From Psilocybe cubensis (taxonomy: Eukaryota), in assembly GCA_017499595.2 (NCBI GenBank), contig CM039000.1:2046001-2110000 (forward strand): a DNA stretch of 64,000 nt, written 5' to 3'. Both the position numbers and the translations under genes were made by a program. Within the stretch, counting starts at the first letter, position 1. Every line of letters begins with the position of its first letter. Positions 12,744 through 26,224 of the stretch are shown here, in pieces. Below the pieces are notes generated by a model. The model had not been told where the DNA came from, did not search any database, and saw only the letters and a program-made list of their open reading frames with translations.

Positions 12744-14845
12744 TTACTCTACAATCTTCCAGTAAATAACGCTGTTTGAATATCCAGCCACAGCACGTTG
12801 TTCAACCTTGACGCCCTTTTTCCAAACTTTTCCGTGCAGGTCTTTTACCTCCTTCGCCGTTCGACTCATGAGCATGAAGCGTTCACCCTCACTGTTTTCC
12901 AACGCCGTTGGGATAACCAAACTCGCTTTTTTCCCGTTGCCTAGCTCAGAGTCGTAGTTTCTACCCCAAACCATAAGATCGCGCCCACCGACTCCTGATT
13001 CAGCAGAAGTGTTAAGTGCTAGAAGAACGTGTCCAGAGGGAGAAATTGATATCTCCTCGGGTTTGATTGGCTCAAGGCGATCCAGGCGGTCGCTGTCTGT
13101 AAAAAAGTTAGATAACACAGTCCGGCCTGCCATAGAGAGGAAAACACTCACATTGTAGTAAACCACTAACACCCTTTACTCGTGATGGATTTCCTTGTGA
13201 GCTTGTGTACAAATTGTTTCCTAGTCCCCCGTGTTGTCCATTTCCAGACATGAGCACATCAACTGTGGTTGGAGTGTGGGCAGTGCCCTCGCGTTCAACG
13301 ATGAACGACGTTAAATCGCCTCCTACAGGATTTTGAGTATGCAACTACATTGCCAATAGAGTTTTGCATACCAGCGGATACGTCAAGGCACTTGCTCTGA
13401 ATGTTGGTAGGAACGAAGCGCCAAAGAACGACTTCTGTAGGAACTGTAATGGTATCGAGAGCTACATTTGCCCCAAGACCAATTTGACTGAATGGCGCAA
13501 CAATGAATTTACCCGCTAAGATTTTTGAAAAAGTGGACGAACCCATATTCATTCGCACCCCAACCCAGTACCCGTCCGTCTTGTGTTCGAAGAAAACTAG
13601 TTCTCCCACCAGCTGCAATCTCGGCTCCCTGAACTCCGCGAAGGACAGGTATCTCGAAGAAGTATGGACAGAATCTGATTCCTGTGTCGTCAACGTTGGC
13701 CAAATTTTCAGATGTATAAGTGGTTGATTTGATTCTGATGCCCCGAGAACTGTTGGCGAAAGGGTCTGCAAGGGATTTAGGGACAAGTTCTACATGTAGA
13801 TGGGCTTCTTGCTTGGTGATTGCTGAAGCCGGATCAGGAATGGAGAATTTACTGAAGCCCAGCTGTCCGTAATGATTCGCCTGTTTATTGACCGGATGGG
13901 CAAAAACGCGTCCGTTGGAAGTCAGCCCAAGAAGATGATTCTGGCCAGCTTTAATGGATACAAATCTACGGGGTACCGAAGTTGAGCACCAAGATCAAAA
14001 TTCGTGATACAAAAGATAACTAACGATTCTCGCCAGCTGAGTTTCTCTGTTGGTGTAATCTGGACATAATCTGTCGTCTCATCTTCGCCCCACAACCAAC
14101 CAGTCCCCCACCACGAGTCACTGGAGGGAGTAGGTGACCCTGGAAGTAATTCCTGGTTCATGAATTGGCTGGAGAGAGAATACACCTTTCCAGAGGCAGA
14201 CAGTGCATATATTTTGTCATCGGTGAGCTGCAATTGCACAATATTCTAATTAATACTGTCAGCAATATTGCACACTTTGATGTGAACGTTGCATACATAC
14301 TTTGCCTCTAAGGGTAAGCTTAGGAAGGTGTGCTCCAGAGAAAGCTTCACCGTAGAAGCCACTACCCCACTGATAAACATCACCACGAGCATCAACGCAT
14401 GCTGCGTGTGTTTGATGAAGCTGTAAGTCTCTGAGTGCAATGCCATCTAACCAATGTGCAATCACAGGTGTACGAAGTGCAGCATCCCTAGCTAGGGCAG
14501 GTGAAAGTGTCTTATTCCTAATAGAAATGATGAGGTGTGTATACAGATGCAAGGGTGTTAGACTCACGCATTAGATCCCCATACCAAAGAATAAAGAGTG
14601 TCTGGGTCCTCGGGCTTTTCTACTGTAACGGCAATTATTTTGGGTTTGTCCGCATTTAAACTTTGGACTGCAGAATCATTATGAATTACGCCCGCAGAAA
14701 GCCACAAAGCTGAACCGGCTACTGCTGTCGAGGCGATGGCTAAAACAACACCAGTGTTTCTGCGAAGTCCTTGATGTGATGAGGCCGTGTGGATCTGACG
14801 CAAATGAGGCTTCAAGTTTTGCAGGAACCGAGCACTTCGAAACAT
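12744..14845 (-). CDS. Mitochondrial RCC1/BLIP-II repeat protein, FMP25-like
   Basis: Arg-rich presequence plus TM segment, then RCC1 repeats (VYQWGSG, IAAGGRTSF..GRVLGWGANEYG, SAGGDLT, GNGQHGGLGN, VWGRNYDSELGNG). Confidence 0.8.
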
Positions 14846-15360
14846 ATTGCGCGAGTGCAGTGAGGTTAGAGTCTCATGGAGTTCAGAAGGAGGTTCAAGG
14901 CAAACAGTAGCAAGTTAAGACATGGAGCCAGACTTTTTGCCGCCAATTTGGCCGTGAAACCGATACTGCCACAGGCGTGACTGGAAGGAGTAAGACCATA
15001 GACGCGACAGTCACGTGACTGATGCCGACAATGTCAAGTCGCCCAAAACGAGTGAACGACTTGTGCACAACGAACTTTGTACTTTGGAGTATAATAAACT
15101 CGAGACAAATGTATCTTTCAAGTTACAATTAAAATTTAATAAATTTAAATACGTTGATGTCGAAAATATGGGTGGTGTCCAATTTTTCCTGCGATATCTC
15201 AATTGAAAAGACACCCAATGAGAAGGCTCTACCGTCTTACTAGTGGTGGCTTAGACTTTATTGCTCGTCAAAAAATTTCAAAGTAAGAAAGCACGGTGCA
15301 CGATCACATTTCATGAACAATCTTTAGAGGCCATATACATTATAAGAGATGACCAAAGGC

Positions 15361-15815
15361 TTAACTAGAACGACGACGACCTTCCTCCCTGGATGGTGTT
15401 GGTGGTGTCAGAAAAATTCTCATCGAAAGCTCAGGAGATTTATCGTCTCCGAATATAGCTGGGTTAGAAGGGGAGATTCTTATCGATTCGATAATTTCGT
15501 TGGATCCAACAAGACTTCGTCTCCCAAGGACATTTCTAAATCCGCAAATTGGCGGTATTTCATCCGGATAAGCGACTGGAGGGCGTCGATTATTATTTTG
15601 GTTGATTTCAACAGTGCCAACGGGTTGACGGGGTAGTGGGACAGCGAGAGGGTAACTCCATGCCAGAAGTCCCACACCAATTGCGAGTATTATAAACGAG
15701 CAGAGAATAATTACGGTCGTTAGCGATGCTAAATTGTTGTTGTTAAGTACAGTCCCCTGTGCAAATAGAAGGTAAAACCAAACATACTCGTGGATAATTG
15801 TGCAGTAGTCGCCAT
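15361..15815 (-). CDS. Small single-TM hypothetical protein (~131 aa, one intron 15729-15787)
   Basis: ATG at 15815; a GTATGT...TTTAG intron joins MATTAQLST to TSLTTVIILCSFIILAIGVGLLAWSY and ORF 15361-15675. Confidence 0.5.
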
Positions 15816-16064
15816 AGATCTTGAAGGTTGCTAAAGATAATTCAATTAGATAGTAGTCTCATCGCATGTCAAGTGGCTGGCAGAACAATCGGAGAAGCAA
15901 AACAAAAAACCACGATTTCAAGTCAGCCAACCTTCTGCGGAGTCTGTGATTTCACAGTGTCCTGGGCTATCGAATGCACCATTCAAAACGCAAAAGTTGC
16001 ACCGGTGATAGAGTAAATCGACGTGTAAATGCGTGAAAAAATATATGAGAAAATGATGTTTTGT

Positions 16065-17264
16065 TTACTTCTTGCCAGGTTGTCCCAATTCACTGGCACG
16101 CTCTGTGGCAATTTGGATACCACGAGCTATCGTAGATCGAACCCTCCCATCTTCCAAAGCTAAAAGGCCGGCGATAGTACAACCACCCGGTGCTACAAAC
16201 CTGCATAAGTCACCCCTATCATTAATTTTTCCAAAAAGTGACGTACTAGTGACTGAATCCTTGATTTGAGCCGGATGAGCACCGCCTTGGAGTACCATAC
16301 GTGCGGCCCCTTGAAGAGCTGAATATAGTTGATTGAGTGTACGGATAACAAGACATTTAAAAGAGAAGACATACTCTGAGCTGCTAGTTCCAAAGCCTCC
16401 GCTCGCGGAAGCCCCATCATCACGCCACCATCTGCCATCGCCTCCATAAAGATACAAGCGAAAGCAGGACCTGATCCCGATAGAGCGGTACAAGCGTCAA
16501 AATGTTTCTCTTCCAAGAAACGACATCGTCCAATAGATGAAAAGATTTTCAGTATCACGGCCCGATCTGTTTCTTCATGTGCGGAGGGGACGAGATTGGA
16601 AACGACGGTCATCCCTTCACGGATCTGCAAGCAAATAAGCTATCAATGTCATTGGACAGACAGGTAAAATACCTTGCATGGAGTGTTGGGCATAGCGCGA
16701 ACTACTCGGGTGGTGGGAAGCACCCAATCTGTAAGCTGGCGCATGGTGATACCAGCCAGAATACTAATCAGAAGTTTCCCATCCAACGCCTCTTTGATTC
16801 CAGACTCAGACAGAATGGTGTATGCAAGCTGAGGTTTACAACTATGAAAACGCATCAAAAGTGCAATAGCAACTCATCCAGGAGCGTATTTCTTACCACA
16901 AGATTACAACATCTGCAGCTTGAACAGCTTCTAGATTTTTGGACGCCAGGACTTCAACAGACGATCCAAGACCTCCTAAGCTGCTAAAAATCTTGCGTAG
17001 CTTCTGGGAGCTGTCTTCACGGCTAACGCAAGCCAGGAATCGACTTGGAACAGAAGCATCCGGGACAGGAGTCAAAGTTCCTGGGGTGTGTGATTCCCAT
17101 TTTGGGGCTCCTCCATTCGACAATTTGGCGGAGATGGCATCAAGACTATCTATCACACCAGAAAGGATGGCAATACCCATAGTACCGCATCCTAATGAAC
17201 CATGAGCTGGGTTTCTATCCATAGATAAAGAGAACAGACCGAGGATGCAAAGAGAATACCCCAT
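16065..17264 (-). CDS. PRO3: Pyrroline-5-carboxylate reductase
   Basis: LCILG|CGTMGIAIL Rossmann motif, CKPQ, LISILAG, VVRAMPNTP, TALSGSGPAF, GGCTIAGL..LE. Confidence 0.95.
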
Positions 17265-18095
17265 TATTACGATACAAGATTGAGGCAACAGAGAGAGGGG
17301 CGCCGATCATTCTGAGTACACTTTCACCGATTTACACTCCAAGTCATTCTCTCTTTGAAACACAAATAAACATCAACGACATCCACCAACTATACATCAT
17401 CATAATTCACAATTGCACTATTCCGTGTTGATTTACTTAATGTACATAGATTACAGTAGATGTCACCTAGCAAATCTTCGCACTTCTAATACAAAAGAAA
17501 TTTGAAAACAATGCAGGTTTCTATCCTCAAGAAGAGAACAGGCAATATGGTCTTTCTAGCTTCCATAAAATGAGAACGTGCGTGTGGGTTTATCAACGCC
17601 GTCCAGAGTGTCGGGAAGCGGGTGCACAGATACAAGACAAAAATGTAGTTGAAGTAAAAAGGTGAATATTAATGGTGTCTAGATAAATACAATAGATACA
17701 AGTTGTCAGAATCAACATAGTACATAAGTGGACTCATCTTTGTGTGTACTTGTTTCGAATGCGCTCCGCTTTTTCTCCACAACGAACTGCGACCAAACCT
17801 GGGACGCAGAAGAAGACGCCCAAGCGATGGAGATTCAAGAATGAGAACGCAAGCGACAACTCAATGTTGCTCTTTTGAATGGGCGCCAATCCGTCGGGAG
17901 ATACCGGAAGGACGCTAAAGTGAGGAGAGCGTAGGGAACTAGTTGATCAAAAAGAGTACTTTTTGTGAACGATGTAAAAGAATGATTGCCAAGGTGAATG
18001 TGTATAAAGTACAAAGGATGTCATCTGAATGAAAACAAGCAACCGACATGAAAGAGTCGCCCGTTGAATGAGAGAATGTACAAGATACAGTCCTA

Positions 18096-19736
18096 CTACC
18101 GATCTAGAGAGGAGTGAGCATAAGCAAGAAGATAAATGGAAAGTTTTTGGGTAATACGAACAGAATTCATGGGTTTCGTCCGACCGTTTGACGGTTTGCT
18201 GTAGTGGGAAGAAAGAAAGGATAGTTGAGTTTTTAAGGTTTGATGAGAGGTTGATTGTAAGCAAGACCAAACAACTTACTTTCCAAGCTTCCTCGAAGTC
18301 GACTGGCAAAATGACATAACGATTCTTACGAACAGCTATCTAACAGTCAGAAATAATGCTAGTCAGTGGTAAAAGTGATTACCTTGGAGTCCCGCGGCTT
18401 GTACAATAGATGCAATTTCTGCGGAGGATATCCGGTCAGGTCGAGAAACATCTGGTTTGTTAAATTAGTGAACAGTTCATAATGCTAGTGTTAGAAACGC
18501 ACAATCTTCCAGATCTACGTCTGGGCCTAAATTCATTTTGCTCGTCACAGTTTGGAATATCAAACGTTTCTCTCTTCGTGAAGGAAGAGGGAATTCAATT
18601 TTGCGATCAAGACGACCAGGACGCATCAGGGCAGGATCGAGAGTATCAGCTCGATTTGTAGCCATGATAACCTTGATTGGAATACGATTTAGTTCCAAGA
18701 CAGGGTTATATGAGTGCGCTAATGAATACCTTGACAGTGCTACCTTGGTCAAAACCGTCCATCTGGTTGAGCAGCTCAAGTAGAATACGCTGGACCTCTC
18801 GATCCGCACCCGTCTGCGCATCGAAACGTTTGGTGGCGATGGCGTCAATTTCGTCGATAAAGATGATAGCAGGGGAGTTTTCTCGAGCCATTCGGAAAAC
18901 ATCTCGAACCATACGGGGACCTTCACCGAGATACTTCTGAACAAACTCGCTTCCGACGACACGGATGAAAGACGCTGATGTGTGATGCGCTACAGCCTTT
19001 ACTAGCATCGTTTTACCGGTACCTAACGTAGAGATGAATTAATATATAATAAGGGAGATGTGGTCTGCGCACTTACCAGGAGGACCGTACAATAATACAC
19101 CTCTTGGAGGGTCAATACCAATCTTCTTGTATAGGTCAAAGTGTGTAAGGGGTAGCTCGACAGCTTCCCTAATTTCCTGCTTTTGCGAGTCCATTCCACC
19201 CACATCTGAGTAGGAAACGTCCGGCTTCTCGTCCTTTCCAAGCATGGCAATAGATGAATCTGCTTCCGGGGGAAGGATATCCACTAGAGCATTTGAATGA
19301 CGATGAAGAGCGACAGATGACGAGGGTTTGAGAAGCTCTCGATCCAGAGTTGACAAAATTCGAACCACATAGTTAGACCCGGTCGTAGAGCCGACGATAC
19401 CTGTGTGCTGGTCGATAGGCTCCAGGAATTGGCCAATGACGAGTGGAACCGATTGTATGCGTTTTACTTCCTCTTGTGCACGAATGAGTTCTCGTTTTAG
19501 GTTGGCCTGCTCGTCCTTAATATAGCTTTCCTGAATGTCGAGCATTTCTAGATGTCGCGCGAGTTTCTTGTATTTGATGTACAGATCCTCTTCTTGAAGT
19601 TCTTGGATGAGCGCCGACTTCTCGCTCACCACCGAGTCAAAGGTTGGTTCCTGCATATGAGTATAAGTGACCCAACAGATTGTAGTACAGAGAAATAAAT
19701 CACATTTCGCTGAATGTCGATGCCAATTTCATCCAT
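18096..19736 (-). CDS. RPT3: 26S proteasome AAA-ATPase subunit Rpt3 (PSMC4)
   Basis: [31 protein letters not shown] Walker A, IIFIDEID Walker [17 protein letters not shown]-terminal HbYX-type ...EFYR*. Confidence 0.97.
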
Positions 19737-19880
19737 GATGTTGTGAGTGAAATGAGAGAGAGCTGACGCGGCTTGGACGCGTAGCTTCCCAATGTAGTTA
19801 ATGGACCGTGGGAAGTTAGTCCCCGAACAATCTTTCTTGGTCGGTGACTTGCAAACATCCAAGTTGCATTGAAATTCAGA

Positions 19881-20746
19881 ATGGCTCATGTAGTCTCTCC
19901 CTTGGACCAACCTTCAAATTATAAGGATTCTCAGACCCGCGTCGACCGCCAGAAGCAAAATGATCTCCTTGCAAAGTCAACAACACTTTATGTAGGTCGT
20001 TGCTGTTGTTCGACAACGTCACGAAGAAATGAAACAACCTTCAACTCCAGATTGGTAACTTGAGTTTCTATACTACGGAAGAGCAGATATATGAGCTCTT
20101 TACAAAATGTACCAGCCCAGAGGATGGTGGAGGGATTAAACGAATCATTATGGGCCTTGACAGGAACACAAGGTGAGCTACTTTGCTATCTTGTATTGCA
20201 GAAGCCATTCAGCTCAATGTAACAGGACACCATGCGGATTCTGCTTTGTAGAGTATTATACTCATGCAGAAGCTCTCGCAAGTATGCGTTATGTTAGTGG
20301 CACCAAACTTGACGAACGGATAATACGTTGCGACCTTGACTTGGGCTACAAGGAAGGTCGGCAATTTGGACGGGGTAAAAGTGGTGGTCAGGTAAGAGAT
20401 GAACACCGGCAGGATTATGACCCAGGCCGTGGAGGATGGGGTGCTCAGGCCCAACGGATTGAAATTGAAAGGAGGAGGGAAGTCGAGGAACGGTATGCTG
20501 ATGCCCAGGATGGTCCTGGTGCTGTGGCAGGTGGAGGTGGGGACTGGAAACAAGAAAATGTATCCCAAGTTGAAAAGAAAAAACGAGCAAGGTCACCAGA
20601 AGACGAAGGTGAAGGTGACAGCGATGTACGCCTTGTAAGTTCTGACTTAAACTCATCGTCATACCTGGACTAACAAACGATCTTTGTTGTTGTAATAGGG
20701 CCAAAGACCAAAGATGGACGAGGAAATGGAAGCCGAAAGAATGTAA
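19881..20746 (+). CDS. CBC2: Nuclear cap-binding protein subunit 2 (CBP20)
   Basis: [67 protein letters not shown]. Confidence 0.95.
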
Positions 20747-20861
20747 AGGAGGTCTTCATACTGTGTTATTTTCACGTTTATATTGCTTGCCGTTGGACTT
20801 TTATCGTATACCTGCGCTATGTATGTCCGTGAATAACTCCAGTTACAGGGATATGTTAGGA

Positions 20862-21654
20862 TTAATAGATAATGGTTGCTTTCAGAAGGCCATTGGTAAT
20901 TTTATGTCTAGTCATATGGTACTTCCTGACAAATCTTTGCGCTTCCGATTCCGATTCAAGATAAACCAAAAATCTTGACACTAGGGCGAACTTCCGCTCC
21001 GGTCTGAGCAAAATGGATTATCAGTGACGTCCAGTGTCGAAAAACAAAGAATCGTACAGTGGGACCATTTCTGCGGGAACAGGAAGATCTTTGTCGACGC
21101 GGAAGCCTTCCAGCAACTTCACAACTTGAGAAACAGGTGTTCTGCCAGGAAACCCATGAATAGTCACGGTCCTTCGTTCTGGACAATTGGCAGATGGGCC
21201 CGTGCCAAGCACTGTTGAACGCTGTCCGCCCGTACCAATGCCATAGCTTTTGATATTAGTGATAGGTTCCGCATCTATCTTTCGACCTGGAAAGGATAAT
21301 GAGCTGGCTTCCCGAATAGCATTGCGCGTATAGTCAGGGAGAGCCATAGTGAGAATTGCCTTTCCAGTAGGCCTGCAGTGCTTGTAGAATAACGACACTG
21401 AACATGACATTTAGAATACGATAAAAAATGAGGGATGGTAAATTTCACCTTCCGAGACGCCCTTAATCTCGTTTCTTATGAGAAGTCTACGAAGGTCATG
21501 AGAGGTCGTCATTGGGGGTAGGCCACGAAGCAAAACGTATTTTGATTCTGAGAGGGCTGAATGCTCCGAGAATAAGAAACTTTGAATTATTTCAGTTGCA
21601 AACACACCCACCATTTCCCGCTGCCTGATATGCACGACCTCCTAGTGCAGACAT
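20862..21654 (-). CDS. Hypothetical protein with two degenerate RRM-like folds
   Basis: Spliced: MSALGGRAYQAAGN|ALSESKYVLLRGLP...RTVTIHGFPG...|PERKFALVSRFLVYLESESEAQRFVRKYHMT...KATIIY*. Confidence 0.65.
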
Positions 21655-21808
21655 GGGTATTGAGAATGCCCAAACACTGTGGTTGGTACTTGGCGTAAAC
21701 TTTTGAATACAGAATCCCCATGTCACAGTCACAAACGCGTCTGGCGTGCGTGACGTGCCCATAATGACTTAACTTTGACTTGGTCAGAACCAAGTTCCAC
21801 CTGTTACG

Positions 21809-22775
21809 ATGTCTTCCCGCACTGAGCCCAGGAGACGGGACCGTAGCTGGGAGAGAGAAGACCGAGGAGATAGGCACTCATACGGAAGTAGCAGTAGAGG
21901 TGGTCGTTCAAGAGGCAGTCACTCATACCGCGACCGCGACGAACCGAGAAGACGCTCAAGTCGGTCACGTAGTCCACGTAGGGATAGGGTCTCAGAACGG
22001 CGAGGTGGACACGGTATGGCATTTGGACTCATAAATGACTGTTATGTTAACTTTCCTTTTTGTACTAGAACGCCGAGATAGGGACTACAGGCGCGACAAA
22101 GATGATGACCGTCGGGACAGGGACAGGTCTAGGGACAGGGATAAAGAAAGAGAGAGACGAGTTGATGACAGAAGACGGGATCGTGATGAAGATAAACGAG
22201 AAGTATCCCGAAGAGATTCAAGAGATGGTTCCGTCTCACGAGCAGAGCCAAACGATCGCATACCGCCACCTAGAACACAACCAGGGCCTTCTGGTGAGTG
22301 TAATGTTATAGTTCTGGAAGTAACTAGCTGATTCATTTACATCTCAGAGACTACTAAGTCATCTCAACCATCTAAGCCCAATCTTGACCCAGATGTACCT
22401 GACCATGCTGAAGAAGAAGGCGAAGCTGTTGATAATGCAAACGACGACGAGGCAGCTATGATGGCCATGATGGGTGTAACAGGGTTTGGTAGCACCAAGG
22501 TTCGTTTCTTGGAATATCTAATAATGCATCTTATAGAGCAATGTACAGGGAAAGCATGTCGCTGGGAATCAGGAAGGTGCTGTTAACATCAAGAAAGAGC
22601 GGACATGGCGGCAATACATGAATAGGTCAGACCTTTATATATCATTCATTCTACGATCCCATTTCTTACTTAAAACCATCAGGCGAGGAGGATTTAACAG
22701 GTCTGCTGTCATTTCTTGTTACTTTAGACGACCTATTGATTTCCAGCTTGTAGGCCCCTTGACAAAATCAAATGA
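21809..22775 (+). CDS. SNRNP27: U4/U6.U5 tri-snRNP 27-kDa protein
   Basis: RS/RD-rich N-terminus plus C-terminal MMAMMGVTGFGSTK|GKHV...KKERTWRQYMNR|RGGFNR|PLDKIK*. Confidence 0.92.
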
Positions 22776-23141
22776 TACAGGAGACACTATGTTATACTGT
22801 ACGACAGCTGAGTGTATTGGCTTGATCCTCCTCAACGTTTATTTGTAAAATTATGCAGGGAACAGATTCTACTGTGATTGCTATCTTCATATTAAAAAAA
22901 TATAAATTCAATGTTTCAACTTTGCGAGGTTGGATTTGTGCAAGTAATCGTGTAAAGGAGGCTCGTATACAACAGAAGAAGTCGGAAATATTAATACTAA
23001 ATCTTCAAACGTCCGGTCATTAACTTGATCATCCATATGTACAGGCAGGCAAAGCCTTGAGGATGGAAATGTAAGGTCTTGAAATCGTCTCGCATATCCC
23101 TTCCCACGAATGAACCAAACCAACGAGGTGTGTGCAAGGAT

Positions 23142-23651
23142 CTAGAATCCATGAACCTTGATGGTGGATTTTTCCAATCCATTCTCGACGAGGAAAGCAG
23201 AAATCTTTGCCCTCTGGTCTCCTTGAAGCTGAATAACCTGACCCATCTTCTCATCATCGACAAGGGTACCGTTACAGGCGAATTCCTGGACACAAAGTCA
23301 GATTTAGCCATGCCCATTTGATTAGCATATCCACCTTCTTGAAAGCCTTCAAAAGCTTCTTGGAATCATATTCTGTAGGCGATATTAGTCAGCGCTCGTG
23401 TGTGGAGACGGGTAAGCGGTGGAACACGGACGTTTAGGCAGACCCTGGAGAGTAGTCAGAGTCTTGCGTCCATTGCGCTGTTGAATACGAATGTGTATGT
23501 AATCTGCGGTGGATCCAACGTCGGCACTGTCGCCAAGCGGGTCCCCTTCGTCTGCAAAGGGATCTATTGGCGGGTAGAGTCAATTTTCGAGGAAAAGAAC
23601 AGATCCTAAGCGATAAGACGTACCGTATGTATTGAGGTTCTGTACGCTCAT
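23142..23651 (-). CDS. SUI1: Translation initiation factor eIF1 (4 exons; missed by the ORF track)
   Basis: MSVQNLNTY|DPFADEGD...YIHIRIQQRNGRKTLTTLQGLPK|QYDSKKLLKAFKK|EFACNGTLV...VIQLQGDQR...IKVHGF*. Confidence 0.97.
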
Positions 23652-23862
23652 GCGATAAATGGAAAAGAGACTGAAAGATTGTTTGCTGGGAACGAAGATG
23701 GAGGTAAGAGACAAGAAGAAGATGGCGAGAGCAATTGCGGTGTGTCTGTGATGGAGTCAATCTCGGTTCAGCACTCATTACATAAGCAATCAGCACAGCT
23801 CTCTCCAATCCATTTACTCTTTTCGGCACCTGCCTCCAGACATCCATTGACTCCGTCTCACA

Positions 23863-24508
23863 ATGGCTGACTCCGCTTCCTCCGGTCCAAAGCGCAAGCA
23901 TCCACCCACTTTTCACCACTACCCGACCAACAGGGGTATGTATGCCCCTGTCTTTGTCTTTCGCAGCTAATCTGCTTGTAGCAAAGGCATTGAAGAAAGC
24001 ATGGGTCGAGAAAACCAAGATCAAAAGCAAATGGAAGGCTGAAAAACGCAAGGAGGATCTGGCGTCGAACTACAAGCTGGAAATACCTGTGTACAGCGAC
24101 GATGATGGCCCTAATGTCCCCCAAGTCTCAACATCACAGCCAGAATCACCATCAACAAGTAGTGCCCCAGCTCATCTTCACCATTCTCGCGCACACATAC
24201 ACCCAGAGCTGCCAGTTAAACCTCATAAATCTGTGCAGCCAGATACAGAGCCTAGACCTGCAAAGCGGCGGAAAATATTAAAAGGCAAGGACGAAGATAA
24301 ATCTGCTGAATCTGTTTCTCTGCGCGAACTCACCAGGGAGGCGTATTCTCGATCGACATTACACACATTTAAGGCCGATCCTTTGAAAAAGAGGTATGAT
24401 GGAAAAGATAAAAACAATAAAAGGGGAGCCAGCACAGGTCGTGGGCAACCTAACATGAAGCTTCGGATGAATGCCATGCTTGCCAAAATCAAACAAGACT
24501 TCGCGTAG
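23863..24508 (+). CDS. rRNA-processing protein, Fyv7-like
   Basis: Basic protein with AKALKKAWVEKTKIKSKW and a C-terminal GQPNMKLRMNAMLAKIK motif; one intron. Confidence 0.65.
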
Positions 24509-24823
24509 TGCGCGAATGAGCTAGGTGTGTCAATTTGGGCATTAATTAGTCGATCTAATATCTTATTAGACGTCCCACCAGGTCATGTTTTCCTATCGGA
24601 ACCTGTCCATTTCAGTTCAGGTGGTCTTCGCAGAACAGATCACCCATTCGTCAGAGCCCTTGACATTTTTGAATGCATATGATGCCCGTAGCGTCAGGTC
24701 AAACGGCATACATTTCAGTATGTGAGTCCAGGGTAGTAGCCAAGAGCGCAAACGCATGAACGCTCAAAAAGTATAATATCGCCTTCTACATTTGTTATCG
24801 TAATCAAAAGTTCTAGGTGTCCA

Positions 24824-25953
24824 TCATTCTGCTTTGGTATTCTCTTTGTCTTCATCTAAATCCATATTATCGGGTGCAGAACCAGCAGTTCCGACACTTG
24901 TGTCCATATCCTCTTCTGATTTCACGAAACGTTGATCTAAACTTGCTAGAAATGGTCGTGAAGTATCCCCTAGAGAAGTGACGGATGACAGTGCTGTAGG
25001 ATGATCGCTCATATGTCCAGGATTGGGATCGTCTAGTTCATCAACCAGTCCTAGTGCTTGTACTTCTCCCAAATCATTTGCGCTAGGCATCGTGGCGTCT
25101 AAGGTGAATGGGGTTGGAGGTGGGCTACGAGACTTAGATCTTCGTGCATCATCATGCAGGAAAGGAATGGGAGAAAATAGTGGTGTGCTTGGAGCAGACT
25201 GCATTGTCGACCCAAGCATAATTGCACTGCGACCTGCAGAGTTCAATTCACCTTCGGTGAGAGGTGGGAAGCTGTCCCATGTCGAAGTCACTAAGATCGA
25301 CTTCTCGACGGCCCGCAGATATTTGCCAACAGACTTGTAATGTCTTTTTGGTTCCAAGCATAACTCACAAAGGCGTTGTATTGTGAATGGCGGATTACTG
25401 GTAAAGGAATATGTTAGTTTAGTAGGAGGACTAGAGGCATAAAATTTACCTTTCGAATTGATCCAGTTGGGCAAAGATGTTTTCCTTCATTTCATTTGCC
25501 TCTTCTTCAGTCATATAGCTAACGGGAGTATCGTTAAATTGTGCCTGGCCTACTGGACGAGGTAGGAATGGAGGCAGCTTGAGACCTCCGAGCGCAGTGG
25601 TAATCGGGCTGTAAGGGGCGGGCAAAGGAGGTTTCTGGGTTGTTGCCAAAAACAGTGAGATATTCTGAGGAGAGCGGAATTCAGAATGCCGCTAACGCAC
25701 GAGTAGATATCAGTCCACCTTTTCCAATTTCTCTTTGATTGCAGCACATAGCGTAGGCCAGTCTGAACTGGTGAAAAGACAGGTGAGCGTTGATCGCCAA
25801 CGAAAGAAACCGACAAACTCTACGATGTCAGTGTGCGCGATTTTTTCCAGTATCGCGTCGTATTCTAAGATGCGTATCAGAAATGTACAGCCTAGAGAGT
25901 TGATAGCACGTACCAGTGCTGGATTGCCCTGGAATATCGGTAGATTCTGTCAT
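24824..25953 (-). CDS. Protein phosphatase 4 regulatory subunit 2 (PPP4R2/Psy4)
   Basis: [32 protein letters not shown] signature; multi-exon; start approximate. Confidence 0.85.
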
Positions 25954-26224
25954 GGATGGTCGTGGTTTGAGTCCAAGGAGTTTACGTAAGTCGCTATAAG
26001 TGGATGGCTGTGTGGTGTGGGGCTGTTCTGTCCTTTCCAACAGTCCATTTAAATTTAGTACGGTCTATCCGAGAACGTTCTCCTCAGGCAGGAAGTCACA
26101 CTCACAGCCGTTTCTCTTATTATCTGCCTGTTGTCTTGCTGGAGGATTCCACAGCTCAGTGTTGCTGCGGTCGAGACAACACAAAGGTCGCACCCACCGT
26201 GGAGACAATCGTGCCCAGTGCCTC

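Noticed and set aside
17290-17950. Gap upstream of PRO3 with small hairpins, an intron-like 3' end and short AUG ORFs
   Set aside because: Could be a long spliced 5' leader, but no C/D or H/ACA box pair or conserved uORF can be supported from sequence alone.
22908-24051. ORF-track proteins 22997-23317 and 23434-24051
   Set aside because: Wrong-frame readings across the spliced SUI1 gene and its promoter.
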